Positions 1 to 12,463 of a stretch of DNA of 64,000 bases are shown piece after piece (the stretch's first letter is position 1; each line of letters starts with the position of its first letter). The notes under the pieces were generated by a model, which was given only the letters and a program-made list of their open reading frames with translations, was not told where the DNA came from and did not search any database. A program made the position numbers and the translations under genes. Origin of the DNA: Ascoidea asiatica JCM 7603 (Eukaryota; Fungi; Ascomycota); contig BCKQ01000002.1 in assembly GCA_001600695.1 (NCBI GenBank), forward strand, positions 951,184-1,015,183. The letters are read 5' to 3'.

Positions 1-683
1 TAAATAGTTTTAATTTAAATAATGAAAAAAATCTATTAAATGACTTCATTAAAAAAAATGAACATCTATTACTAATTAATGAAATCAATAATAAAAAACT
101 TCAATTAGATGATGATAATGATGATAAAAATGATAATACTTTACCTCCTTTGATTCCAATTAAAGATTCAGTCGCTACTTCTAACAAAAAATTAATTGAA
201 GAAATTGATCCTAAAATAATTAAAGATTCAATTAAACTTCCTCTTAAACCAACACTCAAACACAAAGCAAGAAAAATTAAAAAATTGAATGTTCAATTAA
301 ATTATATAAACTTGAAAAAAAACTCTAGTGATTATAAACTATTAATTGAAGTTAAGTCTCAATTAACAAATGCTGCTGATTATAATCTAAAATTTGATCA
401 TGAAAATAATTTCTTCATATTATCAAATTCAAATAAAGGGTTTTATATATCAAACTTAAACTTAGATTCAAGTACAAATTCAATTACTAATATTAATCCA
501 AATGCTAATCCAAATGAATTTATTATATATTTACCAAATTTTTTAACAACTAATATTAATGATAAAAAAAATGAAATTAAAAGATCTGTTAATAATTCGA
601 AATTGACCATTAAAATTGTTTCTTGTGATGTTATTTTTTGTAATGATACTTCCAAATTAATGTTATTTATTAGAGCTTGTTAA
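1..683 (+). CDS. PIH1: 3' part of a Pih1/Nop17-like R2TP co-chaperone (C-terminal CS domain); gene begins upstream of the window
   Basis: The frame is open from base 3 to the TAA at 681-683, so the TTG at 150 is not the start. LPPLIP...KKLIEEI and YKLLIEVKSQL..A.DYNLKFD...IYLP...IFC....KLMLFI resemble the fungal Pih1 C-terminus. Confidence 0.55.
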   Translation, partial: NSFNLNNEKNLLNDFIKKNEHLLLINEINNKKLQLDDDNDDKNDNTLPPLIPIKDSVATSNKKLIEEIDPKIIKDSIKLPLKPTLKHKARKIKKLNVQLNYINLKKNSSDYKLLIEVKSQLTNAADYNLKFDHENNFFILSNSNKGFYISNLNLDSSTNSITNINPNANPNEFIIYLPNFLTTNINDKKNEIKRSVNNSKLTIKIVSCDVIFCNDTSKLMLFIRAC

Positions 684-862
684 TAAATATTTATTTCAAA
701 TTATTTAACTTTTATCATTCTTGTTATTATTTTTATTTTTATTTTTTTCTTTATGATTGTCATTAATGTGAAAAATGCGAAAATGCTTTTATTTAATCTC
801 TAATCCCTGTCCCATATATATAAATTTATATAATTTTATATAAATTATATAGCTCATATAAC

Positions 863-3811
863 TCATAATAAAGTAGATAATGATGTATAAATCATCATCA
901 AAGTCCCAAAAATGCATATAACAACACTAAAATTTCGTGAAAAAACATTATCAAATAACTTTTTAGATAGATTGTCTTCATTTTCCTCTTCATCTTCAAC
1001 AGAATTATACTGCCTATGTCCTTTCTTATAATTATCATTGAAAAAAGAACTATAATGTAATAATGGTGGGAATATATAAATTAATGGTATACACGTAAAT
1101 GATCCAATCAATGAAACAAATTTATCTAAATTATTATTACCTAAGTATGATATTAAACATGTTAAAATAGTGAAAAAAATTCTAAAAAAATTCTTTTTCC
1201 ATTTAATTTTTTTATTGAATCTACCGCTTTTATCCTGTGAAAATAAGAAATTTTCTAAAATTCTGATTGCAGGAAATAATTGTAGTGGAATTGATAAAAG
1301 AATTGCTAAAGGATATAAAAATTTGATTAATTTTGAAAAAAAAGAATCTATTGGTAAATTTAAAAAAATTATTGTTTGAGTATTTGATCCAAATGCGGCA
1401 TAACTTAAAGAACCTATTGAAATGAAAATGATTAAAATTATTATGAATACAATTCCTAGAGCTTTTGGAAAATCTTTTGGTTTTGCCATTGATTCTTGAA
1501 TTGGGATTAATAAGCCAACCCCTTCAAATGTGAATATTGCTGTTCCAATAAAAATAGTCCAATCATTCGAATTAAAATAATTGAAACTTGGCTCATAAGT
1601 TTCTTTGAAAAATTCACCGATAGAATAATAATAAATACAAAGTAATCCAATCAATATAAAAATTTCTGAAAATATCACCAAAATTGATAATTTCGAAATC
1701 TTTCTTATCAATGAAATTGGTAGTAAAATTATTAGTTGAAGCACAATTAATGAAATTACGGATAACTCAATGTTATAATATACACTTAAGAAGTTATTAA
1801 AATTTTGAGCAACAAATACAATATATGTACTCGCAAATCCAACTTGGGATAAAATTAGAGAAATTGAAATTAAACTTTTTAAATGATTCCCAAATAATTT
1901 CAATCCAATTTCACCAAAACTTTCCGAATCAGTTTTAATTTTAACATTAATTAATAGTAAAAAACACCAATATGAAAGAGATCCTAAAATGATTAATAAG
2001 ATAATACTAAATAATAATCCACCATTCAAAAACCCTTTTGGTAAGAAAACAATTCCAGTTCCGACGAATGCTTTTAATAACATTAAAATTGCTTTAAAAG
2101 TTGAAATTCCTGTTACTTCGGTAGATATTTTAAAATCATTTTCATCGTTATTTAAAGGTTTTGAATTAGGGTGATTTGGTTGTAGTAAAGAATCATTTTC
2201 AGTTAGAATTGTATCTGGCGATAAAGAATTCTCGATATCGTTTTGTCTTTTATTGAAATCGGAAAATTCTTCATCTTCATCATCAGATAATTCTTCACCT
2301 GCAAAATGTTCTAGTAAGACTAAATATTCAATAAAATTTCTTGTAATTATAGGATAATTTTTATTGATATTATTATTTTTCTGATTCAATTTTTGATGTT
2401 TATTTACAATGAAATTTCTTCTAAATCCTCCTGGAGCCCGTAAATCACCTACCGTAAACTGTTGTAAATCATTATTATTATTACTATAATTGTTATTCGA
2501 ACCATAGGTATTATTATTCATATTGTTATTATTATTGTTATTGTTATGGGTGGAAGTTGCACTAGAAAAAACAGAAGTTGATATTGATTCTGAAAATGAG
2601 GAAGCCCTTCTCAATCTATTCTGATTTGAACTTGAATTATTATTTGCCCACTTATAAAGATCCCTCGTAATATCACCAGATTGTAAATTTAGAGAATTGA
2701 ATTCCTCATTATTATTATTTATATTATTGTCATTACTATTATTATTGGCGCCGTTTTCGTTAATATCTTCTTCTTTAACTAAAAGTTGACTAACAGTATC
2801 TACAACAGATCTTTCAGGATTTTGTAAATCTATTGATATTGAAGATAATAAATCTATTTTAAAATTTGTCAGACTATTGTTATGAAGAGATTCACTGAAT
2901 CTATGATTAAAAGATTGAATATCAGATATTGGATTCATCAGAGATATGTTTGTATGACTTTGGGAATTTTTATTGATTGGGAGATTTGAACTTAAGTTGG
3001 AGTTTAAATTAGAATTTAAATTTTGCTTTGAACTTTGCATTGTATTATTTGAACTTACGAGCGGATTCAGAAGTAATTGATTATTAGAATGGATATTAAT
3101 TTGATTATTATTACTAGCTTTCTGGTTTGAATTTGAAGGTTTTGAAAAATTTTCATTTAACAAAGAAGAAGTATTTTTAATACTTTGAGATAAAATAGAT
3201 TGCCTAAGAGGTTTATGTTTTTGATTGGAATGATTGATTTTATGATTAAAAGTAGAAATTGGTATTGAATTATTATTATTAATATTATTTGTATTATTTA
3301 TATTATCTGTATTATTAAAAGTGCTAGTATTATTAGTGTTATTTGAAAAATTATTATAATTTGTTGAAGGTAATTTATAACTTCTTGATATATAATTTCT
3401 GGCACTAAAATCACCATTTTTCATGAAATCTTCATTATAAAAATTTTTATCATTAATTGTTTCAGGATGTGGATTCAATAAAGAATATTCTTCTTCATTA
3501 TTATTTTTATTATTATAATTTGTTAGATTTTTATTTATAAATGATATACTATTTATATGATAATCATTATTATCTTGTGATTCATTTTGATAGTCATTTT
3601 GTTGTCTATCATCTATATTATTAAAAGCTCTAACAACATTATCATCATCATTACTAATGTTATTATCATCATACCCATTAGTTTGATTATTAAAATGAAA
3701 ATTGTTCAAAGTATTATTATCATTATCATCTTCATCATCATCTATATTTTCATCGTTATAATAATAAGCAGGATCTTGCATCAAATTGGTATCATTTATA
3801 GGTATTGACAT
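863..3811 (-). CDS. AVT3/AVT4: Vacuolar amino-acid transporter, Avt3/Avt4 family, with a long Asn-rich N-terminus
   Basis: Motifs GDITRDLYKW, RAPGGFRRNFI, TRNFIEYL..HFAGEEL, LLKAFVGTGIVFLPKGF and GTAIFTFEGVGLLIPIQESM; multiple TM helices in the C-terminal half. Confidence 0.92.
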   Translation of the reverse strand: MSIPINDTNLMQDPAYYYNDENIDDDEDDNDNNTLNNFHFNNQTNGYDDNNISNDDDNVVRAFNNIDDRQQNDYQNESQDNNDYHINSISFINKNLTNYNNKNNNEEEYSLLNPHPETINDKNFYNEDFMKNGDFSARNYISRSYKLPSTNYNNFSNNTNNTSTFNNTDNINNTNNINNNNSIPISTFNHKINHSNQKHKPLRQSILSQSIKNTSSLLNENFSKPSNSNQKASNNNQINIHSNNQLLLNPLVSSNNTMQSSKQNLNSNLNSNLSSNLPINKNSQSHTNISLMNPISDIQSFNHRFSESLHNNSLTNFKIDLLSSISIDLQNPERSVVDTVSQLLVKEEDINENGANNNSNDNNINNNNEEFNSLNLQSGDITRDLYKWANNNSSSNQNRLRRASSFSESISTSVFSSATSTHNNNNNNNNMNNNTYGSNNNYSNNNNDLQQFTVGDLRAPGGFRRNFIVNKHQKLNQKNNNINKNYPIITRNFIEYLVLLEHFAGEELSDDEDEEFSDFNKRQNDIENSLSPDTILTENDSLLQPNHPNSKPLNNDENDFKISTEVTGISTFKAILMLLKAFVGTGIVFLPKGFLNGGLLFSIILLIILGSLSYWCFLLLINVKIKTDSESFGEIGLKLFGNHLKSLISISLILSQVGFASTYIVFVAQNFNNFLSVYYNIELSVISLIVLQLIILLPISLIRKISKLSILVIFSEIFILIGLLCIYYYSIGEFFKETYEPSFNYFNSNDWTIFIGTAIFTFEGVGLLIPIQESMAKPKDFPKALGIVFIIILIIFISIGSLSYAAFGSNTQTIIFLNLPIDSFFSKLIKFLYPLAILLSIPLQLFPAIRILENFLFSQDKSGRFNKKIKWKKNFFRIFFTILTCLISYLGNNNLDKFVSLIGSFTCIPLIYIFPPLLHYSSFFNDNYKKGHRQYNSVEDEEENEDNLSKKLFDNVFSRNFSVVICIFGTLMMIYTSLSTLL

Positions 3812-5063
3812 ATTTCAAGATTAATAAAAATGAGAAGTGAGTGATAATTGAAAATTGATTGAAAATATATTGGAAACCTTTTAAAAACGGATTAAAATCA
3901 GTCTCTAGGCTCTATATATAATGAAATTTTTTTTGCTTTATGTCCTTTTAAAAGTGAATCAGATATTTGATCTCAGTTTTTTTCGAAATTTATTGATAAA
4001 GGGGAATATCCCTATTGATGGGTAGTTATTAGTAAGCTATGAATATAATGTAATTCTTGATTTAGCTTTTCTTGATATTATATTTGCTTTGGCGACTAAT
4101 ACTTATTTGAAAAGGCAAAGAAATTATATCAAAAGATATTCATTAAAATAAAATTAAGTACTCAACTACTGAAGTATTTATATTAAACCTCGAAGATAAT
4201 TTATTAAAAAATTAGAAAAGTTTTTTCAATGTTTTTTTTTTCAACAATAGATATTGTTTATAATGCTAAAATCTTTAATAAATACTTCAAAATTTATTAC
4301 GAGACTTGCATTGGAAAATAGAGCTTCTTGAGGTCCCTAACTATGTAACGTCACGTATTACGTTCCGCCGCAGTGAAATACTGAAGCGCTCAATCACCCA
4401 CGCCTGTGGAAATAAAATTGTTACTTGAGTGCTCAACCACCAAAATAATATTGCTAACTTTCACTCGACTCTGGCTTAAAGCCCTACTCAGAATTTTCAC
4501 CAATTCAGGACAGCCCATAAATCAAATTATAGGACGGGCCCGAAGCAGAAAATTTACAACCCCGTAAGTCCTTTTTATAGAGTAAATAAAAATATTTCTA
4601 TAAGTGCATTCAAACATTAAAGTGCGTATTTAATATTTCAACTAAAGTAACGTAACGTATTTTTTTTTTAAAAAACCTCCAGCCACATATTTACCCGATT
4701 ACCGATTAAAACGGTTTGTATTTTATCGGGAATCCTGAAAACAAAGTACACTTTTAAAAGAGGACGATAAACCTCTATAGAGTTTTATGCTAGGCTTAGT
4801 GTATTATAGTATGAAAACTTTTTTTTGATATAAACGTAAAATGGAAATAAATCTATTAATATAAACTGATATAAACTAATATAAACTATTAACATACAAT
4901 TTTTTCAACTAAATCAATAAATGATTTTATAAATTAGCTATTTAACAAAGTAATTGATTAACCAATAGTCAACCCTGTGTACAAATTAACAAGAGAAAAT
5001 TATCAAAGTTTTAGTTATTTTCTTAAATTTAAACGATAAAAACTATTATGACACTGTTCTAGT

Positions 5064-5519
5064 CTATTCATTTGTATCCATTATTATTGTTACTGGACCA
5101 TCATTAACTAAAGCTACATCCATCATTTCTCCGAATTTACCATCTTTGATTTTTTCATCCTGTTCAATTTCCTTTCTCAAACAACACAAAAAGTAATCAT
5201 ATAATTCTTTTGCTAAATGACCTTTTTGAGCATTGTGAAAATCAGGTTTTGTCCCCTTTTTAGTTTTTGCTAATAATGTAAATTGAGATATAGATAATAC
5301 TTCTCCATTAATTTCTTTCACACTTTTCTTCCAATGAGTTAAATCATCATTTTGAAATAATCTTAAATTTATAATTTTCTTTGACAATTTTTCACAATCT
5401 TCTTTAGAATCATTTAATCCAATTCCAATTAATAACATTAATCCTTTACTTATTTCAGAAACAAGTTGTTTTTCCACTGTGACTGAAGCAGACTTGACTT
5501 TTTGAATTACAGCTTTCAT
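5064..5519 (-). CDS. DTD1: D-aminoacyl-tRNA deacylase
   Basis: MKAVIQKV start, SQFTL motif and the NDGPVT (Gly-cisPro) motif; 151 aa. Confidence 0.97.
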   Translation of the reverse strand: MKAVIQKVKSASVTVEKQLVSEISKGLMLLIGIGLNDSKEDCEKLSKKIINLRLFQNDDLTHWKKSVKEINGEVLSISQFTLLAKTKKGTKPDFHNAQKGHLAKELYDYFLCCLRKEIEQDEKIKDGKFGEMMDVALVNDGPVTIIMDTNE

Positions 5520-6136
5520 TTTTATCTAGTGATTTGATGTTATTTCAATGTTATACTTTGAATTCAATTTCTGAGTGTTGTAAAGCAATATCATAGGCCT
5601 TTGCCTAAATACTTTAATACCTGCCAAATAGATCTGATAATTTTGAAGATAATAATTCATCGATGAATCATATTATTTAGCTCCAAATCTGTCTTTTGAA
5701 AAAACAAAATTTCAAATACTTAATAATAGTTAGTGCTACGAAAGTGTAAACATTCTTTTTAGATCCGTGTTACTGGTTTTAAGTGTGGTCGCCACTTATA
5801 CGGAATCAGTTTGAATAAAAAGCTTTATTTACATACACTTTTCACTCTTTTGAATCATTTATTTTCACTATTTTACTTGTATCTCTATTCGAGAAGCAAT
5901 TTATATTTATTGGGAAAAAGATTACGAAATAGCTTAATTACTCAAAGAAATATCCAAAATTATTTTAAAAACATATAGTTTCCCAAAATAGTATACCTGC
6001 AAAAAATATCTGTCTCAAAATTTCAAAATTAAGATAATTAAGATTAAGTTAACTGGAGTTCAAAATTTATCGAGCAAAAAAATCTGTACAAAACTTATAA
6101 CTAACGTCTTTAATGAAGTTAGCTTATTTTCCTGAT

Positions 6137-8140
6137 TTATAATCTTAAAGTTTCAGTTACTCTGTTCTGCTTATATTTTCTAATCTTATACTTTTTTGTT
6201 GATGGTTTAACCATTGTTATTGGAGAATCATTTGGAGCTAATCCACTTATAATATGAGATCTTATAAAATTATTTTTTCCTTCCATTGAAACTTCATCAG
6301 AATAATTTGTTTCTTGTGCTTTTGTTTTTTCATTTTCAGAAAGGGTCAATGTCTGTTTTTCTGTTATAGTTTCAGTTGAGGTTAAAGTAAAAGTTTCCTG
6401 CACAGTCTGAACATTTGTTTTCAATTTAGTTTTTGTTTTTGTAGTATAATCAGTTAAGGTTCTTGTTCTTGAATGATATGTGGTTAAAGTTACATTTTCA
6501 AGCTTTGTTTTATTTTTATTCTTTTTATTTTTTCCATGATTTTCTTTTTCTTCACTGTCTTCATCATCATCAACATCAGTGAAATTTTTACTTGGTTCAT
6601 TGTATGAATTTGTAAGTGTATTAGTTTTGGTCTTTATTGTTGAAGTTACTGTTGGAACATTGTTAGGAGTTTTAATATAATTTTTTTGTCTATTTCTAAT
6701 TGGCCTTTGAGCGTTATATTTTAATTTTTCTGGAGCAGAATCTTTTTTATTCATTTCAGAAACTTCATCTTCTTTTTTCTGAGTTTCTTTATTTTGTTCA
6801 AAATTTTTGTTATTATTAAAAATATTGTCGTCTGAATCTTCTTCAACAGTACCATCATTGTTATCAAAATTCTCAGAACTAAAAAATTGGTCTAATTTTT
6901 CAACAGCTATATCATTTTCTCCATTTTCTGCAATAAGGTTTGTTTGATCTTTGATTTCTAAAAAATATCTTTTCATTAGTGTTTTTGTTGAAGAATCAGA
7001 AAAAGATTCATCAATACATAATTCTTGAGTCATTTTTTCGAAATAAAGAATTGTTTCTTTTGGACAAAACTGTTTACATTTAGAATATAATTTTTGAGCA
7101 AACAAACACTTGCATTCTTCTGTTTGATGATTTTTAATTTCAATTTCAATCTCAATTTCATTTTGATTGTTTTCTTCTTCATTGCTCTTATCATTATTGA
7201 TTTTATAGTTACTTATAGTATTATATTTATCATTTTCTTCAGAATAATTTATATTTTTTTTATTTTTATTTGATTTTTCAAGACATTTTGTATATAAATC
7301 ATCCATAACTTGTTCATGACAATATTTATATTCAATACAACAAGTTTTCATTAAAAAATCTTGATTCTCATTACTTAAAAGTTGAACTTTTGTATAATCA
7401 TAATAGAAATTTATAGTACTATTGATATTCTGGTCTTTTTCAATTAAATTTCTTTTTACAAATTTTCTTTCTGAAAAAGATATGTCAATATTTGGACAAT
7501 TAACAAAAGAAATGAATTTTTCAAGAATTTTATTAAAAGGTTTAATATTATTATTTTCATTGACTATATTGAAGTTTTTATCATTATTATTATTTTTGCT
7601 TTGGAAAAATAATGATGGTAAATGAAAAGAACAAGAGTGAATTAAGTCATCATAAACATTACATTTACAAAAATTTATTCTTTCATTAATTTTGAAGTTT
7701 TTTAAACTTTCAACATTAGTTGAATATTTGATTATATTTTGGTGATTTTCATTATCATTATCATTATCATCATTAATATCTTCATTTGAATCATCACAAT
7801 CTTTATCTTTTTTTTGATCTTTATCTAAATCTTTTTCATATTCATCAAAACAAGATTTATGTTCTTGAATAAATAAAACATCTTTAACACAGGAGATTAA
7901 ATTAAAGTTAGATAAAATTGAATTTATAGTTGTATTTACAAATGAATTATTTAAATTAGTATAATTATCATTTTTATCATTATTATTAATAATATCATTA
8001 GTTATTGAAATATTATTTTTGTTTAAATATTGAAAAAAATTATTTAAATCATTTTGAATAATTTGAATGAAAGCAAAAGATATTAAGGGATATACTAAAA
8101 ATAATAAAGTAAAAAGAGTATAAAAATATTTTTTATTCAT
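6137..8140 (-). CDS. Uncharacterised secreted or membrane-anchored protein with two Cys-rich (CKC) repeats and a Thr-rich tail
   Basis: 667-aa ATG-initiated ORF with a hydrophobic N-terminus (YFYTLFTLLFLVYPLISFAFI), two Cys clusters each followed by a KR site, and a Thr-rich C-terminal region. Confidence 0.7.
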   Translation of the reverse strand: MNKKYFYTLFTLLFLVYPLISFAFIQIIQNDLNNFFQYLNKNNISITNDIINNNDKNDNYTNLNNSFVNTTINSILSNFNLISCVKDVLFIQEHKSCFDEYEKDLDKDQKKDKDCDDSNEDINDDNDNDNENHQNIIKYSTNVESLKNFKINERINFCKCNVYDDLIHSCSFHLPSLFFQSKNNNNDKNFNIVNENNNIKPFNKILEKFISFVNCPNIDISFSERKFVKRNLIEKDQNINSTINFYYDYTKVQLLSNENQDFLMKTCCIEYKYCHEQVMDDLYTKCLEKSNKNKKNINYSEENDKYNTISNYKINNDKSNEEENNQNEIEIEIEIKNHQTEECKCLFAQKLYSKCKQFCPKETILYFEKMTQELCIDESFSDSSTKTLMKRYFLEIKDQTNLIAENGENDIAVEKLDQFFSSENFDNNDGTVEEDSDDNIFNNNKNFEQNKETQKKEDEVSEMNKKDSAPEKLKYNAQRPIRNRQKNYIKTPNNVPTVTSTIKTKTNTLTNSYNEPSKNFTDVDDDEDSEEKENHGKNKKNKNKTKLENVTLTTYHSRTRTLTDYTTKTKTKLKTNVQTVQETFTLTSTETITEKQTLTLSENEKTKAQETNYSDEVSMEGKNNFIRSHIISGLAPNDSPITMVKPSTKKYKIRKYKQNRVTETLRL

Positions 8141-11100
8141 TTCTTTTTCATATATTTTAATAAAACTTGAAATTTATTGGTTTATTTTCTGAAATTTTAA
8201 AATTATCAATAGTTAATATTACTTTTTTATGATGATCATGAAATTAAAAAAAAATGAAGATCTTTTTGAAAATATTGTAAGGAAAATGAATATATGTGAA
8301 CTATTATTTAATATTTGAGGTGATTTCAAATTGAAACTAAAATTTAAATTAAGCGCCGATAAACATTATAAAGAGATGAATATGGTGAGAGAAGAAATAA
8401 TTGTTTTTTTATAATGATTGATCTTCTATACAATTTTTAGTTGATGAATTTGAAGAGTCAGAAGTTACCACCGTTAACGAAGATGGTTAACATGGTGAAT
8501 TAAAGGAATTGAATAAACTTGGTGAGGGACCTGAACGACTGAAAAGAGCACTTTATGTGATGAAAAATATTCTCAAGTTACTTTGATGATCGATTTCCTT
8601 TTCACCACTGATAGAAATGGGCTATATGAAAGCCTCTTTAGAAGTTACAGAAAGAAAATCAGAAACATCAAATAAAGCAAATATAAGAAAAACAAAAATC
8701 ATCACCCAGATTTTATATTGTATCAAAATTAAGATCAGTGATAACTAAGATCAGCCAGATCATCTAGATCAGCAAGATCAACAAAGTTAGCAGGGTCAAT
8801 AGGAACGGCCAACCAACTAATATCTGTTATTTTCAATGACCAGTAATTCAGATTTGAATAGAAGAAAGAGAAAAAAAAAGATCCTCAATATCTTTTAAAG
8901 AAATTGATTCTCATGATTATAAAAAAAAATATCTTAGTTTTTTGCAAACAAATATAAAACTGAAACTAATATTGATATTCACTTTAAAATTGATTATCAA
9001 AGTAATATTTAAATTAAACTATTATTCAAGTTGAAATTGACTTTGATATTCAATATATGTAAGATTTGAGGAAATCAAAAGCCATCTTCAAATTGTTTTT
9101 TATTTTCTTTGAGAAGACAGATAAAAAATAAAAATATTATCAACTATGTATATTCTTGATAGTTATACTATAACCGTATTTTTAGTAACTATGCTTTAGC
9201 GAAAAATAGTCTAGCGTTAAAAGTGGCTATTTAAACCTTATAAGGCAAGTTTTTTTTTTTTGTTTTTGTGGTCTTTCAAAACGAACAAAGAACTGCACAT
9301 AAAAGCACATATAAAAAACTTGCGTGTATTTAGCAAAGGACAAAGAAGCTTTTAACTGCATATTACAAAATACTTTACTTTTTTCTACAGAGTAATTGCA
9401 TCTACGGGAGTCACGCTTGAACTTAATTCACTTCATCGCATACTGAAATCTAGTTTCTATACATGCCTCGTACACTCTCCGTGTAGAGTATACTGTATAT
9501 GAATTCCAAATTGTAGCGTAGCGACGTTAAAATATGAATATAGTTTTTAATTAATAACATCAATTAATATATGACAGAGTAGAAAAGTTTAAAACCAATA
9601 TAATTTATTAATATAATCACAAAAAGAATGAAAATTTAGTTTTAATCTTACTTAATTCTATCAATATCCTATAAAACATAATCAATGGCTTTTATGTATT
9701 CTCCATCTTCAATAATGTAATGTTTAAATCAAACAGTTTATGAATTTGACTAATTTTTTTTGGATTAGGATATATACCTGGCACGAAATTCATGATTTGA
9801 TTATACTACTAAACAATCGACAAATAGCCAATCTGCCAATCTGTTTTTAAAGATAATGCTTTAGAGAAATATCTGTCAGCTGACCTTAAAAGTATTTGTA
9901 ATTCCATTTGTATTTTTCTCAATCAATTACATTTCTGAGCATAGCATAATAAATAAGGGATTACTGTACCATTTTATTTCAATTTTAAAATAAATGCAGT
10001 GCCATGTATTAATTCTGTGCAAAGTTTTTTAAAAAAGTTTCCGGGCCCAAGTCATTAAAATGCACAAGTAAAAGTTAAAAAATACATTAGGTTCTAGCCT
10101 GCTTTGCTTTTGAACACATGCATAATAAAACACTACTATTTATAAATGCAAGCTTCCTTAGTGAGCGTTTGGCACATGACTGAAATTGGATAATAAAAAA
10201 CCTGCCGCAGCGAGGCCCTTTTTAAGGTCGTGTAGAACTATTAATATTTTTTAGCAGCTTTTTAATAATTTTTCTTGGTTGGTTGCTGAATCAACTGTTG
10301 ATAATAGCTAGCCAGAACCATGTTCAAACTTTAAGCGGGGTGCCCAAAAGGGGTTTTAAGTTTCATCTTAGAATAAAATGCATGCTGGTTTATAATTTGA
10401 TTGTAATTTTTTTTTTCTAACTGGAAGTGATTTTTTTTCCTTGTAAAGCTCAAAGATTTGGCCATAGCAACTCAGGTCCGAGTTCATTGGGAATAAAACT
10501 GGTGGTATTTAGTTAGTTATTGACTTTGTGAGTTTTGTTACCAATGAGTTGCACCTAGATTCTGAACCAGAACCAGAACCAGAATTGAAGCAAAAAACTC
10601 ACCTTCTCCAATGACCTGACAAACCTCGAATTTTTTAGATTCTGTGCAGTTTTGGAATAAAAACTGGGGCATTCGACTCAGAATCTTGATTTTAATGTGT
10701 ATTGTATGATCAGTACCAAATTAAATCAAATAAATTGATTTTCTGGGTGTCCATCCTTTTGTGTGCAAAACTGTTTTCTGATTCTTCAATTAAAATAACC
10801 AAATACTGGTTCTGTTATAGTTACAATTGTTCCACTTTCATCTTCTCGTTAACAATCGCAAGCTTTAGCTCGTAATAGAGTCGCTAATCACTCATCAATA
10901 TGTGAGAAATATTTGGCTTTAAAATTTTTAAATTTTATAATATCGCAATTTTACAAAAAATCCATTTCAAAATTTCCCAAATTTTCTTTTTACTTTTTTT
11001 TTGCTTTTTTGGCTCTTGTTTCTCTATTTCTGTTTCTCACTGCTTCTCTTGTTTTCTATCTTCTGTGTTTTCTATGTTTTCTCTTTTCTCTTTTCTCTTT

Positions 11101-11548
11101 TTTTAATGATTTCTCTAGTTTTTATGTTTTTTTTTCTGACTTTTTTTTTAAATTTTCCCTTTTTTCCTCACATTTTTTCTAATTTTAATTGGCCTTTTAT
11201 TTTTTTTTTTACTAATTTTACAAACTTTATTAAATCCTCTAAATCTTCAAATTTTTACTACTAGATAATCTCCCTTATAATTAATATTAACTATTTGCAT
11301 CTATTATTATTTCACTTCTTAAAAATTTCTTTCATTTTTAAATTATATATAAACCCATCATATATCCCATTTTTTTAAGAAATTGATAGCTCATTAATTC
11401 TTCACTTTAATTGGTTCTGTTATAAAATTATTTTCTATATTGTTATACATTTTTATAATATACTTATATTAATATTTTAACCTATTTTTTTAAGCTCAAT
11501 TAAAAATTAATTATCATTTAAAAACTATTATATCAATAAACTTTCAAA

Positions 11549-12463
11549 ATGTCTAATCAAATACCTGAAGACACTAATGATTCTAAATCTATAAATCAAG
11601 TTCCAGTAGTAGAAAATAGTAATTATAATAATAATAATAATGTTAATTCAAATTATAAAGTTTTTGGTTTATCAAATAACTTAAGAAATCATTTTGTTGC
11701 AATGACTGGTGAATTTGTTGGAACTTTTATATTTTTATGGTCTGCATTTATGATTGCTCAAATTGCCAATCATGATATAATTTTATCAACAAATTCTGCT
11801 TCTGGTGATATAGTTAATGGTTCCTCTCCTTCTCAATTAATTATGATTTCTTTTGGTTTTGGTTTTGGTGTAATGGTTGGTGTTTTCTTATTCTTTAGAG
11901 TTTCTGGCGGTAATTTAAATCCTGCTGTTACTTTCACTTTAGTTTTAGCTGGTGCAATTCCTCCATTAAGAGGTGCTCTTATGGTATTAGCACAAATGGT
12001 AGCTGGTATGGCTGCAGCTGGTGCTGCAAGTGCAATGACTCCTGGAGAAATTTTATTTGCAAATAGTTTAGGAGGTGGTTGCTCAAAATCAAGAGGTGTA
12101 TTCATTGAAGCTTTTGGTACTTGCATTTTATGTATAACTGTTTTAATGATGGCTGTTGAAAAACATCGTGCTACTTTTATGGCTCCATTTGCAATTGGTA
12201 TTTCTTTATTTATTGGTCATTTAGTTTGTATTTATTATACTGGGGCTGGTTTAAATCCTGCTAGATCTTTTGGTCCATGTATTGCTTCAAAATCTTTCCC
12301 TGTCTATCACTGGATTTACTGGGTTGGTCCTTTATTAGGTGGTTTCATCGCTTTCACCATTTGGAAATTATTAAAAGTTTTAAAATATGAAACTGCTAAT
12401 CCAGGTCAAGATGATGACGGTTTAGAAATTTTTGTTCAAAAAAATAATTCAAACATGGTATAA
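11549..12463 (+). CDS. AQY1: Orthodox aquaporin (MIP family)
   Basis: Two NPA boxes ([22 protein letters not shown]), [19 protein letters not shown] and C-terminal NPGQDD, as in yeast Aqy1. Confidence 0.96.
   Translation: MSNQIPEDTNDSKSINQVPVVENSNYNNNNNVNSNYKVFGLSNNLRNHFVAMTGEFVGTFIFLWSAFMIAQIANHDIILSTNSASGDIVNGSSPSQLIMISFGFGFGVMVGVFLFFRVSGGNLNPAVTFTLVLAGAIPPLRGALMVLAQMVAGMAAAGAASAMTPGEILFANSLGGGCSKSRGVFIEAFGTCILCITVLMMAVEKHRATFMAPFAIGISLFIGHLVCIYYTGAGLNPARSFGPCIASKSFPVYHWIYWVGPLLGGFIAFTIWKLLKVLKYETANPGQDDDGLEIFVQKNNSNMV

Noticed and set aside
5526-5836. In-frame 44-codon uORF ending 6 nt before the DTD1 ATG, and a GTATGT..CACTAAC intron-like pair
   Set aside because: DTD1 is already full length and spliced products give no ORF; compatible with chance.
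8431-8820. Coding-looking plus-strand frame (DEFEESEV...DQPDHLDQQDQQ) with 9-bp GATCA periodicity; possible pseudogene
   Set aside because: Six internal stops in 130 codons is not clearly below chance for this base composition, and there is no recognisable homology.
10913-11264. Phe/Leu-rich ORFs upstream of AQY1
   Set aside because: Artefacts of a T/C-rich low-complexity tract; TTG starts.
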